In this document: positions 39,504 through 51,454 of the stretch, one piece after another
Numbering within the stretch: the first letter of the stretch is position 1
Layout of the letters: each line of letters begins with the position of its first letter
Origin: Balanoglossus misakiensis
Taxonomy: Eukaryota > Animalia > Hemichordata
Direction of reading: 5' to 3'
DNA: 64,000 bases
Assembly (NCBI GenBank): GCA_040954595.2
Contig: CM082589.2
Coordinates: forward strand, 7,003,186-7,067,185
Notes under the pieces: model-generated
Seen by the model: the letters and a program-made list of their open reading frames with translations, nothing else
Told to the model about the DNA's origin: nothing
The model's database searches: none
Program-made: the position numbers and the translations under genes

Positions 39504-40957
39504 AAAATTTCACAACAACGTTTTGATATTCAAATGTATACAAATCTTGAAATGTAGGGACTGATGGACTACTCAACAGTTAGAATATCGTCCTTTTCCT
39601 GAGTTTTATATAGGCCTACATGTTTTGGCTTACTCTTAATCAATAATGTTAAACAGAGAGATAAAACAGGATTTTGTTCTAGTATAATACTTAAAGACTG
39701 TGTGATGGTGTTACTTTTTCAGTTAGGGGGTCTAAAATATTGTGGAAATTGCCGAGTCGGCACTTTTCTTGCACTTCTAATGCTATGAGTTTTCCTATGG
39801 TGAAAATATCTGAACAATTCTATCAAAAAATCAAGCACGATGAGATTGACATAGTGTTTCTTTATTCTAATTTTTAATAATACTTCTCAACAGGGAAGGC
39901 GAGATTTAGATATCAGGAAGAACATTTCTGTCTCTTCAAAATATCGTTCCCATGACAATGTGACTTGAGGCCTTATAGTTGTGATTGTCTCCATATTTGG
40001 AGTGCGTGAGTATTTCTGCATAGAGTTAAAATGCTAAGCTTCAGTGTTGTTTGGGGGTCCATTGCATTTAACCACAGTTACAAGGAGACACTGTTCTTTG
40101 AATGTGGGGAGGGGCACTCTTATTAATTGCAATGTCTAGAAAGTAAATAAATGACAGAACTTCATGATCTCTACAGGCGATCTGTGCCGTACAGAATTTA
40201 TTTTCATGAGTGATGTGGTGTATTCTGCGGCAGAATTCTTTACTATCATCACTGACCTTGATTTGCCGCGCTGCTCAAGATGAAGGGTCGTAAAATTTAT
40301 AAGACGCAGTGTTCAGCGAACCCAGATATGGCCGTGGACAAACTGACGCAACCTTTGTTATGCAAAGTAGGGTCAAATCGGGTGATTCACCTGAGGTCGC
40401 GAGATCGCACAGGTAAATTTTGAAAATACTGCTGGCGATAACGAGAGTTTTTTCGCAATTTTTGTGGGTTCCAAAACATACTGACAATCAAATGGTGTGT
40501 TACTCTGACAATAGTTGGGAAAGATAGAAAAAGAACGTGCAAGAAAGTTGAAAAATGTACACGTTTCGGCGACCATATTTCGTCATTCATCAGTGGTTTA
40601 CCTGAGGTCGCGAGATCGCAGTAATAAATTGTGAAACACTGGCGATAGCGAGGGATACTGACAACTAAATGTTTTATTAGTCTGATAAAATGTGGGAAGG
40701 ATTATAAAATGACGTGCAAGAATGTTTTAAAATCCCCGCGTTTCGGCGATCATAAGTTAGCTCTAGCGTTCTTGGCTTTAGATGTTTACAAACAGAACGT
40801 AGTCCCACTTGCTTACTCATTTGCATAAATAGCCATGAAATACCGACAAAAATTATTTAATGGACACGTGACTGTATTTTATTGAAATGTTTAAATATCT
40901 TTGTATTCAAAAATAATCCATGAAGATAATCTAGAAAATGTACTTTACAATGTACTT

Positions 40958-41406
40958 ACATCTTCATCACAGCAATGTGACACGCTTTACTGATGAATGG
41001 ACTGTCGATTTGGAGAGATTGAAAATGTGACCAACTTCTCTGATGGATTCCTGGTTTACCATGTACCAAACCCATACCTATAATTGTTTTTTCTGGAGAC
41101 ACTTGAGGGCGGCCACCGCATTGTTCTATTGCCAGTTTGTGGGCGATGCGACCCAGAACAAACGTGAAGATATCTTTGCAAATACGAAAATGGATGCAAA
41201 AATCTTGCAAAGAATACTGTGGTACGATATCTTGGGCAAATTTTTTTTATCTTCGGAACGTATTTTCGGCGCAAAAATAAACAGCTCAGAGAGGCAATGA
41301 TGGCAGTATTTATCCGAAGTTGCAAAACTGCCGCAGAATCTAAAGATTCATCAAAATCCTCAAAAAAAGTACGCAAAAACAAGAAATCTTCAAACTCAGT
41401 CGCCAT
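40958..41406 (-). pseudogene. Harbinger transposase exon-1 fragment, copy 2
   Basis: Near-identical to 37607-38061, with frameshifts. Confidence 0.88.
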
Positions 41407-41606
41407 ATTTGTTTACATGGGTTGCTATACTACGCACGCTAACTAGATGGGATGACGTCAGCGCCAGCTACTCGAGTTCCCCACCAGTTGCCTCGTGTAA
41501 CTCGGACTTTAGACCTTGTGTTTATTTGCCAAGCGCAGCCATTTTTGTCCGCTACCTGTATAGGTGGTGGCAGGGCCAGTTCATGTGACAGAGAGAAAGT
41601 ACTACG

Positions 41607-42848
41607 ATGAAAAGACAACATAAATATATCGCTCTCGTTGGTGTGGTTACAGCGATTTTCGTGGTCACCGCCAAATTCAACATTTTTCAAGATTTACATG
41701 ATGTGTTTAAACACAGCTCTAAGTCAGAAGGGACGGGCGGCGCGGACGATCTCTTCGCAATGAGGAACGAAGAAGGCGCCACGCGAAAGAAGAATGTTTC
41801 AGATGTACAAAATATGGACGAAGGCAAAGGTAACGAATCAAGAATGGAGGCTCACCTACTACCGAAGCATTTAGAGAACGCTTATGGCGGCGTCCGCGCC
41901 GAAAATGTTACTTGTGAGATAAGTAAGACAACGGCCTGTGAAACGGTCTACGTACGACTTCACGGATGCCTTGCGGGAAAGCTCCTCGGCCGAGAACCGC
42001 TGCCGAATTTCTATCTGCTTGACGAGCTAGACAACGCGACCATGTACACTTATCGTCAATCCAGCGTCGGGTTCGTGCACCTGCCGAAAGCAGGGGGTAC
42101 GTCCGTGGAAGCGATTTTGAAACGAATTGCCAAACGTTATCGGTGGAATCGTATGCACATTCTGCACTGTGCCCAGTTTTTCAACGCAGCAACCAAAATC
42201 CACGACTGGGATAGAAATGTGCTATTAACTTCGAAACGTACGTTTGGACTCCATAACTTCATGAATCCCTCTGTTCCTTTCTTCTACCTGACGTGGTTTA
42301 GACACCCCATCTCTCGTATTGTATCTGCCTATTTTTACATCAAGAAAATGCGGCGCAAATCTCACAACCTTTATGCAAAATACATATTGGACTCGAAAAA
42401 TCTCACTGACTGTCTAGAAAAGTCGAAAGACTCCCACTTCCAAGAGTTCGACAACTTTGCGGTGCGTTTGATGCAGTTTGGGGACTACCCGGTCATCGAC
42501 ACGACATTCGAAGACTGTTGCGGAGCCTACACGGATGGTGTCACTCAAATAGCGGAAGTGACCGAGGAACACTACCTGGTTGCTAAGCAGAATCTGGAAA
42601 CCAAGATGGCGTTCGTCGGTCTCTTGGAAGATTTCAAGACATCACAGGACATGTTGTGTTTCATGTTACAAACCCCCTGCCTAAAAGAAGAGGTGCACGT
42701 GAACTCAAATAAACACCAACATGAACTGACCGACTTTGAGAGGACGGAACTTGAGCGAAGAAACCACTGGGACATCAAATTGTACGAAGATGCAAAACGG
42801 ATTTATGAAAAACAGAAAGCAAAATATTTGGAAATTATCCGTCAATGA
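41607..42848 (+). CDS. Sulfotransferase copy 2 (short stem, catalytic type B)
   Basis: 413 aa; HLPKAGGTS, FRHPISRIVSAYFY, KDSHFQEFDNFAVR. Confidence 0.9.
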   Translation: MKRQHKYIALVGVVTAIFVVTAKFNIFQDLHDVFKHSSKSEGTGGADDLFAMRNEEGATRKKNVSDVQNMDEGKGNESRMEAHLLPKHLENAYGGVRAENVTCEISKTTACETVYVRLHGCLAGKLLGREPLPNFYLLDELDNATMYTYRQSSVGFVHLPKAGGTSVEAILKRIAKRYRWNRMHILHCAQFFNAATKIHDWDRNVLLTSKRTFGLHNFMNPSVPFFYLTWFRHPISRIVSAYFYIKKMRRKSHNLYAKYILDSKNLTDCLEKSKDSHFQEFDNFAVRLMQFGDYPVIDTTFEDCCGAYTDGVTQIAEVTEEHYLVAKQNLETKMAFVGLLEDFKTSQDMLCFMLQTPCLKEEVHVNSNKHQHELTDFERTELERRNHWDIKLYEDAKRIYEKQKAKYLEIIRQ

Positions 42849-44825
42849 AAAATTTCACAACAACGTTTGGATATTCAAATTTATACAAATCTTGAAATGT
42901 AGGGACTGATGTTAAGCTGGTGGACTACTCAACAGTTAGAATATCGTCCTTTTCCAGTGTTATATAGGCCTACATGTTTTGGCTTACTCTTAATCAATAA
43001 TGTTAAACAGAGAGAGAGAAAACAGGTTTTTTCAGTTACACACGCGATTGTGCAGTACCTTGGACAAAGCTTGGAACAATGTTGCAATAAGCTTTGTGCT
43101 GAAGCTTGCTACAAGAGTTTGCGTGCCGACCGGCCTTTGCTGAAGGGGTCGTGTGCCAACCTTCGCTGAAGCTTCTGAACCTAAGCTGTACTGACCTTTG
43201 TGAAACCTTATAATTCCAATCTTTGGCCAAGGTTGGGGTTGCAAAGCGTCTTCAAAGCTTGGTGAAAAAACCTTCAACAATGCTTTACTAAACAAACCTT
43301 TAAACAAGCTTAATTTTTTAAGCTTTGTCGAAGATGTTTATTATTACTACAACTTCATTTAATTTTTGTCGGAATTAAATGAATACAAATGAGAAATTAC
43401 CCACCTCTGAAATATTTGTAGCCGTACAGCCCGTACTAGTCTTGCTCCAAGACTGTGTGATACTGAAAATGAAATTCACTCCATATATGCGCTCACCTGC
43501 GCCTCATGCCTGTAATGTCGTGAATTCTGCTATATCTCGCGGTATACCCGCCCTCAGCGGGGGTTATTGCTTAAAAATCATCCACGGGGGATAAGGCCTA
43601 ATCCATACACCAAAAATGATTTCGTAGTCAGCTGACTCCGCGAATGATTATCCCGTGGGGGTCAAAGGTAGCTAACAATCCGATCCCAGGAACTGCTCAC
43701 TGTAAGCCGTGATTACGTTTTCCCGGGTTACTATTACAGTAATTAAACTACATTTTCGGTGAACACTCGCATTTCTTGTGTTGTTTAGGTGCGGGTGCTC
43801 AGCCGCAGCGAAAAAAATGGCACATGTGCGCTTTGTATAGTTTAATACGTTTGGGATAAATTAGCATAATTATATATGTTGACAGCAAAAGCAATTAAAG
43901 AGTAGAGGCGCCATCATTTATATTTAGTTTGGACTAATTTTTCAGGTGTTTTTAAATATAATAGGGTCTCGTCATTTTAGGCCTAATACCATACAAATGC
44001 CATATGGCAAGATCGCAACGAAGACGTTGATTATATACACATTGCATTATGCGCGTCAGGTGTCTCTGACGGTGGGATTTAATTTTAGTACAAATTCGCC
44101 AAAAAAATTATTTTCAGTTTGTGAATTAGCATATGCCACTTAAGATTCAGCCATACGTTATTCTTTAATTATTGGTCACAAAAGTGTCCACGTCATAGTA
44201 ATTTTCCATCATTTTTTGTACTTTCCCACGACGACTCTTTTTTCTGTATAATCTTGCGTGAGAAAAAAGAATTCCGTATGGCATTTATCTACCCGGTAAT
44301 TCGGGCTAGAGTAATATTTCCAGGAAGGTGATGCGGCTAGGCTCACTTTTAAGTGTTATTTTCTACAGCAAATCAGAATCCAAATATTAATTGTCAACGC
44401 GGTAAAAATGATTTGCCTGTATAATAAATCATTGTCAAACTTCTTCAACTTATGTTTTCTTTTTCGTGACCGTGTATACTCCTCAGACCCCCCCCAATGA
44501 TACTAATATTATACTAACTCTACCTAAATCACAGCTCGTTTCGGTGAATGTATCCGTCTATACTGACGCCCATCTGTGCGCAGACTAACATCAACAGCAA
44601 CCGTATTGTTGCCATAGTACACTTGTCATTAAACGAGTTTCCCTAATTATCTGTTGCGCGTCTGCTGTACGGATTGATGTGTGTTTAGTCCACCGAACCT
44701 GTGGGTTGCCAAAACGAGTGGTGAGTGCATACGACAGCGTAAATATAACGATCAATTATTATCAAGAATCGAAAAATCAATTTGACGCGAGATAATCAGC
44801 GAGTTGATAGAGAGAAAGTACTACG

Positions 44826-46169
44826 ATGAAAAGACCACGGAAATATATCGCTCTCGTTGGCGTGGTTATAGCGATTTTCGTGCTCACCGCCAAATTTGAC
44901 ATTTTCCGAGATTTACATGCAGTTAAATACAGCCCTACGGATGGGATGCGTGGTGCGGACAATCTCTTGACAATGAGAAACAAGGAAGGCGACACGCGAA
45001 AGGAGGGGAATGTTACAAATCTGTCACAGAAAGACGGTATTCTCGATCAAATCGGCGGTGGTATTCTCCAAACTGGGGATGTTTTGAGAGCAAACGAGAT
45101 CGCAGCGAACAATATATCAACAACGAATGTTTATAGTACGGAGGCAGGGAAAGTTAAGGAAACGAGAATCGAGACTGGTCTACCGAAGCATTTAGAGAAT
45201 GCTTATGGCGGCGTCCGCGCTGAAAACGTTCCTTGTAACGTAGAAAAGACAACGACCTGTGAAGCGGTCTACGTACGACTTCACGGATGCCTCGCTGGAA
45301 AGCTCCTCGGCCGAGAACCGCTGCCGAACTTCTACCTGCTTGATGAGATAGACAACGCTACCATGCACACTTACAGCCAATCCAGCGTCGGGTTCGTGCA
45401 CCTGCCGAAAGCAGGCGGTACGTCCGTGGAAGCGATTTTGAAAGAACTTGCTAAACGTCATCAATGGAAACATATGCACATTCTGCACTGTGCCCAGTTT
45501 TTCAGCGCTGCAACAACACTCCACGACTGGAACAGAAATGTGCTTTTAACTTCGAAACGTACGTTTGGACTCCATAACTTCATGAATCCATCAGTTCCTT
45601 TCTTCTACCTGACGTGGTTTAGACACCCCATCTCTCGTATTATATCTGCCTATTTTTACGTCAAGAAAATGCGGCACAAATCTCACAGCCTTTATGCAAA
45701 ATACATATTGGACTCGAAAAATCTCACTGACTGTCTAGAAAAGTCGAAAGACTCCCACTTCCAAGAGTTCGACAACTTTGCGGTGCGTTTGATGCAGTTT
45801 GGGGACTACCCGGTCATCGACACGACATTCGAAGACTGTTGCGGAGCCTACAAGGATGGTGTCACTCAAATAGCGGAAGTGACCGAGGAACACTACCTGG
45901 TTGCTAAGCAGAACCTGGAAACCAAGATGGCGTTCGTCGGTCTCTTGGAAGATTTCAAGACATCACAGGACATGTTGTGCTTCATGTTACAAACCCCCTG
46001 TCCGAAAGAAGAGGTGCACGTGAACTCCAATAAACACCAACATGAACTGACCGACTTTGAGAGGACGGAACTTGAGCGAAGAAACCACTGGGACATCAAA
46101 TTGTACGAAGATGCAAAACGGATTTATGAAAAACAGAAAGCAAAATATTTGGAAATTATCCGTCAATGA
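44826..46169 (+). CDS. Sulfotransferase copy 3 (long stem, catalytic type B, unique upstream)
   Basis: 447 aa; about 33 extra stem residues; same PAPS-binding motifs; no transposase fragment upstream. Confidence 0.9.
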   Translation: MKRPRKYIALVGVVIAIFVLTAKFDIFRDLHAVKYSPTDGMRGADNLLTMRNKEGDTRKEGNVTNLSQKDGILDQIGGGILQTGDVLRANEIAANNISTTNVYSTEAGKVKETRIETGLPKHLENAYGGVRAENVPCNVEKTTTCEAVYVRLHGCLAGKLLGREPLPNFYLLDEIDNATMHTYSQSSVGFVHLPKAGGTSVEAILKELAKRHQWKHMHILHCAQFFSAATTLHDWNRNVLLTSKRTFGLHNFMNPSVPFFYLTWFRHPISRIISAYFYVKKMRHKSHSLYAKYILDSKNLTDCLEKSKDSHFQEFDNFAVRLMQFGDYPVIDTTFEDCCGAYKDGVTQIAEVTEEHYLVAKQNLETKMAFVGLLEDFKTSQDMLCFMLQTPCPKEEVHVNSNKHQHELTDFERTELERRNHWDIKLYEDAKRIYEKQKAKYLEIIRQ

Positions 46170-46609
46170 AAAATTTCACAACAACGTTTTGATATTCAAA
46201 TTTATACAAATCTTGAAATGTAGGGACTGATGTTAAGCTGGTGGACTACTCAACAGTTAGAATATCGTCTTTTTCCTGAGTTTTATATAGGCCTACATGT
46301 TTTGGCTTACTCTTAATCAATAATGTTAAACAGAGAGAGAAAACAGTTTTTTTTTCTAGTATAATACTTAAAGACTGTGTGATGGTGTTACTTTTTCAGT
46401 TAGGGGGTCTCAAATATTGTGGAAATTGCTGAGTCGGCACTTTTCTTGCACTTCTAATGCTATGAGTTTTCCTATGGTGAAAATATCTGAACAATTCTAT
46501 CAAAAAATCAAGCACGATGAGATTGACAAAGTGTTTCTTTATTATAATTTAATAATACTCCTCAACAGGGAAGGCGAGATTTAGATACCAGGAAAAATAT
46601 TTCTGTCTC

Positions 46610-46842
46610 GCGGGAAAGCTCCTCGGCCGAGAACCGCTGCCGAATTTCTATCTGCTTGACGCGCTAGACAACGCAACCACGCAGACGTGCACGCGAACTC
46701 AAATAAACACCAACATGAACTGACCGACTTTGAGAGGACGGAACTTGAGCGAAGAAACCACTGGGACATCAAACTATATGAAGATGCAAAACGGACTTAT
46801 GAAAAACAGAAAGCAAAATATGTGGAAATTATCCGTCAATGA
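46610..46842 (+). pseudogene. Internally deleted sulfotransferase fragment
   Basis: AGKLLGREPLPNFYLLD segment joined directly to the NSNKHQHEL...IRQ* end. Confidence 0.88.
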
Positions 46843-46922
46843 AAAACTTCATAGCGATATTTGGATATTGAATTGAACACGGGTGAAACACCATCAACCC
46901 GAAACTTTCACTGTCCGTTTTA

Positions 46923-47028
46923 GGGACCGTTCAGTTTTTACGGCTGGGAGGGGGGGGGGGGCGGCCTGATTTTGAAAACCGATGACACAAACTTGCCGCC
47001 CCCCCGGCCGTAAAAACTGAACGGTCCC
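46923..47028. mobile_element. Tourist/Harbinger-type MITE
   Basis: TTA|gggaccgttcagtttttacggc...gccgtaaaaactgaacggtccc|TTA. Confidence 0.85.
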
Positions 47029-48131
47029 TTAGTTCAATGTTCTGAACATGCTCACGTTGCCATTCAGTTCAGTTCTGCAGTCAACCTGTTATGCTTCTTC
47101 TCTGGAAGGATTATATAGAAATTTCATCTAGTTCTGTATTATAAAAACTTGATTCAGAGAAAATAAATACTTGAATAAATGACATCAAAACTTCAGGCAA
47201 CGATCTCGTCATGTACACGCTCTCCCCCCCCCCCCCCGTCATTCGTTGTTTCGTAGTCACGCCATACATCGACAGTGATAAGCTCTGTCCGTTCATTACA
47301 CTAGAAATTACACGCATAGTTCTGTCTGTCCGAAGAAAGAGTCTCATATATGGTAGTCCGTTTTAAAGGCACGTAAGCTGCAACTGGATAAAAAATCAAT
47401 GTTTTACATAATCTCATATATGCTTTTAATTATATCTATTAAATGCTATTTCATGATAATATATCAAGCCCAACACTTATTTATGACAAAATGGCCAAAA
47501 ATTAAAGAAAAACGAAAATTCCTGAAATTTTTTAAAAAGTGCAATATTGCAATGAAAAATGAAAATCTGATGTCTCAGTGGTGTACATTTACTTCCATGA
47601 GCTATAGTGGATGAGATCTTGTTTTGTTTATGAAGTTTCACAACCCGAAATGCGACATTTTCATTGTTTCTTTCATTTTCCCACGGTGGCGGCCATAATC
47701 GCTTGCGGCAAAGCTTTATTATTTATCTGGTTAAAACTTGCATATGCACTCATATTTAGGGTTTATAATGCTTGTGTATAGTTCACTGCCTTTATCTGCA
47801 TGGACTAATGGTAGTACAGTTTGAAACAAAAATTATGGGTCCAGATAGGACTTATGCTCGTAGATGGTCTCACTGGAAACTGCCTGGGATAACTGACTTT
47901 TGTTTTCCGGATGTATGGCCCCCTTATCCCAAATGGCCTCGCATGCTATTTCTGACTCCCCTCCCTGGGATTGGGTTCGATCCCTTGTATTCTTTTCCAT
48001 GGAGGTGGCGCTATTCTCCCATGGGTCGGCAATGGCACATGGAGACCCCAGTGCTGGGCATGGCATTATACGTTTCCTTGCCTCCCCCCTTGGACTGTTC
48101 TAAATGGTCAGTGAAAATAACTGTTTCCTCC

Positions 48132-48791
48132 TCAGACCGTGAGTGCACTTTTCCAACTACCCCATAATTGTAATCTCCCCCTAGTGAGAGCGATTGTGGG
48201 CATGTATAGACTATGGCTATGAGGTGGTAGTTCATACTGTGTGTTGTATGGACTAGCTGGGTTTGGCATATGCCTCACTGAATATGGGGGTGGTGGCGTA
48301 TAATGTCTGGTAAACCCTTCCAGTTCATGTTGAGGGACTGTTCCTGCGAACTCTTCAGGATAATGGTTCTGATCCCACCCCCTTGGTGCTGTGACATAAG
48401 TGTCAACACTATCCCTATCCCATGGCTCCCCATAATTGAAAACACCCCGTCCCCAAGGCCCTCCCTCACCCAGACTTGGATCATGCCTTGGGTTTTCGTT
48501 CATTTGTGAGAAACCACTTGAATTCTGGGGCTTGTGATCTCCATTCGGGGCACCCCTATGTTCTTCATTTGGGTCTGAAAATTGAACTTCGTGTCTGAAA
48601 GTGTTTCTGGGCATGGGTTCATGGGCGTCATTTCCCCAACACCAATAAGAAAGTGTGGGTTGACTCCCTTCCCTGCCACGAACACTATGGGATCTGCTGT
48701 TGTCATGAACACTATGTGATCTGCTGTTGTCATATTCGCCTACCCTAGGAGGGCAACTTCTTTTGGCATTTACACCAGGGCTCCTATTCAT
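48132..48791 (-). CDS. Unknown 219-aa P/G/H-rich ORF (frameshifted duplicate at 56964-57622)
   Basis: Long open frame in a GC-richer patch; no recognisable domain. Confidence 0.3.
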   Translation of the reverse strand: MNRSPGVNAKRSCPPRVGEYDNSRSHSVHDNSRSHSVRGREGSQPTLSYWCWGNDAHEPMPRNTFRHEVQFSDPNEEHRGAPNGDHKPQNSSGFSQMNENPRHDPSLGEGGPWGRGVFNYGEPWDRDSVDTYVTAPRGWDQNHYPEEFAGTVPQHELEGFTRHYTPPPPYSVRHMPNPASPYNTQYELPPHSHSLYMPTIALTRGRLQLWGSWKSALTV

Positions 48792-49623
48792 GTAACTGTC
48801 TGATGAATAGTCAGTACGGGGGGAATTTCCCGTTTTTGTTACCCCAGAGATTCAACTTCAATTCAAAAGGCAGGAAAAGTTTCTGCGCATGCGCGGAACG
48901 ATTGTCCGAAACACGTTTTTCTGGAGTGAGGGTCGCTAAAAATAGAACCACAGACAAATTAGGCGGTCATCTTTTGGAATCAGGAGCCAGGGCACGATTA
49001 GTTGACCTCTAACCTCAGTGACCGCGCGTACATCCTTATGCGCATAAATCAGCGTTTGCGTCGGGGTTCAGAGGTGGCCTGTAAATACCGAGAGAGTCAT
49101 TCTTCAGACCCCACACTAGGCCATTTTTCTTCGACATGAGCCCCCTTTCACGCGAATAAAAATCTCCAATATCACCATCATTATCATAAACATGAGAACC
49201 ATATTACGGCTATGCGCTACCCGCAAACCATCATCAGTATTCACTGACCTTGATTTGCCGCGTTGCTCAAGATGAAGGGTCGTAAAATTTATAAGACGCA
49301 GTGTTCAGCGAACGTTAACCCAGACATGGCCGCTCATTGGACAAACTGACGCAACCTTTGTTATGCAAAGTAGGGTCAAATCGGGTGACTTGTTAAAGAA
49401 ACTTTCAACTAATTAAACTTCATTAAAGATTTTAATGTCGTCTTTAACTCTCAGCTCCCGGGTTACGCATGCTAACTAGATGGGATGACGTCAGCACCAG
49501 CTACTCGAGTTCCCCACCAGTTGCTTAAGACCTTGTGTTTATTTGCCAAGCGCAGCCATTTTTGTCCGCTACCTGTATAGGTGGTGGCAGGGCCAGTTCA
49601 TGTGACAGAGAGAAAGTGCTACG

Positions 49624-49995
49624 ATGAAAAGACAACATAAATATATCGCTCTCGTTGGTGTGGTTACAGCGATTTTCGTGGTCACCGCCAAATTCAACAT
49701 TTTTCAAGATTTACATGATGTGTTTAAACGCGATGCGACCCAGAACAAACGTGAAGATATCTTTGCAAATACGAAAATGGATGCAAAAATCTTGCAAAGA
49801 ATGTATTGTGGTACGATATCTTCGGCATTTTTTTTTTATCTTCGGAACGTATTTTCGGCGCAAAAATAAACAGCTCAGAGAGGCAATGATGGCAGTATTT
49901 ATCCGAAGTTGCAAAACTGCCGCAGAATCTAAAGATTCATCAAAATCCTCAAAAAAAGTACGCAAAAACAAGAAATCTTCAAACTCAGACGCCAT
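49624..49995. pseudogene. Sulfotransferase 5' stub (35 codons, +) fused to a transposase fragment (-)
   Basis: Junction gatgtgtttaaac|gcgatgcgacccag near 49730. Confidence 0.88.
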
Positions 49996-50209
49996 ATTTG
50001 TTGGGTTGCTAGGCCTATACTTGTATCGTTCGTTTTAACTCCCAGCTCCCGGGTTACGCATGCTAACTAGATGGGATGACGTCAGCGCCAGCTACTCGAG
50101 TTCCCCACCAGTTGCTTTAGACCTTTATTTGCCAAGCGCAGCCATTTTTGTCCGCTACCTGTATAGGTGGTGGCAGGGCCAGTTCATGTGACAGAGAGAA
50201 AGTACTACG

Positions 50210-51454
50210 ATGAAAAGACAACATAAATATATCGCTCTCGTTGGTGTGGTTACAGCGATTTTCGTGGTCACCGCCAAATTCAACATTTTTCAAGATTTAC
50301 ATGATGTGTTTAAACACAGCTCTAAGTCAGAAGGGACGGGCGGCGCGGACGATCTCTTCGCAATGAAGAACAAAGAAGGCGCCACGCGAAAGAAGAATGT
50401 TTCAGATGTACAATATATGGACGAAGGCAAAGGTAACGAATCAAGAATGGAGGCTCACCTACTACCGAAGCATTTAGAGAACGCTTATGGCGGCGTCCGC
50501 GCCGAAAATGTTACTTGTGAGATAAATAAGACAACGACCTGTGAAACGGTCTACGTACGACTTCACGGATGCCTGGCGGGAAAGCTCCTCGGCCGAGAAC
50601 CGCTGCCGAATTTCTATCTGCTTGATGAGATAGACAAGGCGACCACGCAGCGCATTTATCGTCAATCCAGCGTCGGGTTCGTGCACGTGCCGAAAGCAGG
50701 GGGTACGTCCGTGGAAGCGCTTTTGAAACGAATTGCCAAACGTTATCGGTGGAATCGTATGCACATTATGCACTGTGCCGAGTTTTTCAACGCAGCAACC
50801 AAATTCCACGACTGGAATAAAAGTGTGCTTTTAACTTCGAAACGTACGTTTGGACTCCATAACTTCATGAATCCCTCTGTTCCTTTCTTCTACCTGACGT
50901 GGTTTAGACACCCCATCTCTCGTAGTATATCTGCCTATTTTTACGTCAAGAAAATGCGTCGAAAATCTCACAGCCTTTATCCAAAATACATATTTGACTC
51001 GAAAAATCTCACTGACTGTCTAGAAAAGTCGAAAGGCATCCAATTCCAAGAGTTTGACAACTACGCGGTGCGTTTGATGCAGTTTGGGGACTACCCTGTC
51101 ATCGACACGACATTCGAAGACTGTTGCGGAGCCTACACGGATGGTGTCACTCAAATAGCGGAAGTGACCGAGGAACACTACCTGGTTGCTAAGCAGAATC
51201 TGGAAACCAAGATGGCGTTCGTCGGTCTCTTGGAAGATTTCAAGACATCACAGGACATGTTGTGCTTCATTTTAAAAACCCCTTGCCCGAAAGAAGACGT
51301 GCACGTGAACTCCAATAAACACCAACATGAACTGACCGACTTTGAGAGGACGGAACTTGAGCGAAGAAACCACTGGGACATCAAATTGTACGAAGATGCA
51401 AAACGGATTTATGAAAAACAGAAAGCAAAATATTTGGAACTTATCCGTCAATGA
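50210..51454 (+). CDS. Sulfotransferase copy 4, type A
   Basis: 414 aa, intact motifs. Confidence 0.9.
   Translation: MKRQHKYIALVGVVTAIFVVTAKFNIFQDLHDVFKHSSKSEGTGGADDLFAMKNKEGATRKKNVSDVQYMDEGKGNESRMEAHLLPKHLENAYGGVRAENVTCEINKTTTCETVYVRLHGCLAGKLLGREPLPNFYLLDEIDKATTQRIYRQSSVGFVHVPKAGGTSVEALLKRIAKRYRWNRMHIMHCAEFFNAATKFHDWNKSVLLTSKRTFGLHNFMNPSVPFFYLTWFRHPISRSISAYFYVKKMRRKSHSLYPKYIFDSKNLTDCLEKSKGIQFQEFDNYAVRLMQFGDYPVIDTTFEDCCGAYTDGVTQIAEVTEEHYLVAKQNLETKMAFVGLLEDFKTSQDMLCFILKTPCPKEDVHVNSNKHQHELTDFERTELERRNHWDIKLYEDAKRIYEKQKAKYLELIRQ

Larger units (their letters stand above)
46170..51454 (+). repeat. Segmental duplication, copy 1 (matches 55012-60286, offset ~8.83 kb)
   Basis: Same order of near-identical ORFs and fragments in both segments (47772/56604, 49624/58458, 50210/59042). 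Confidence 0.93.
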
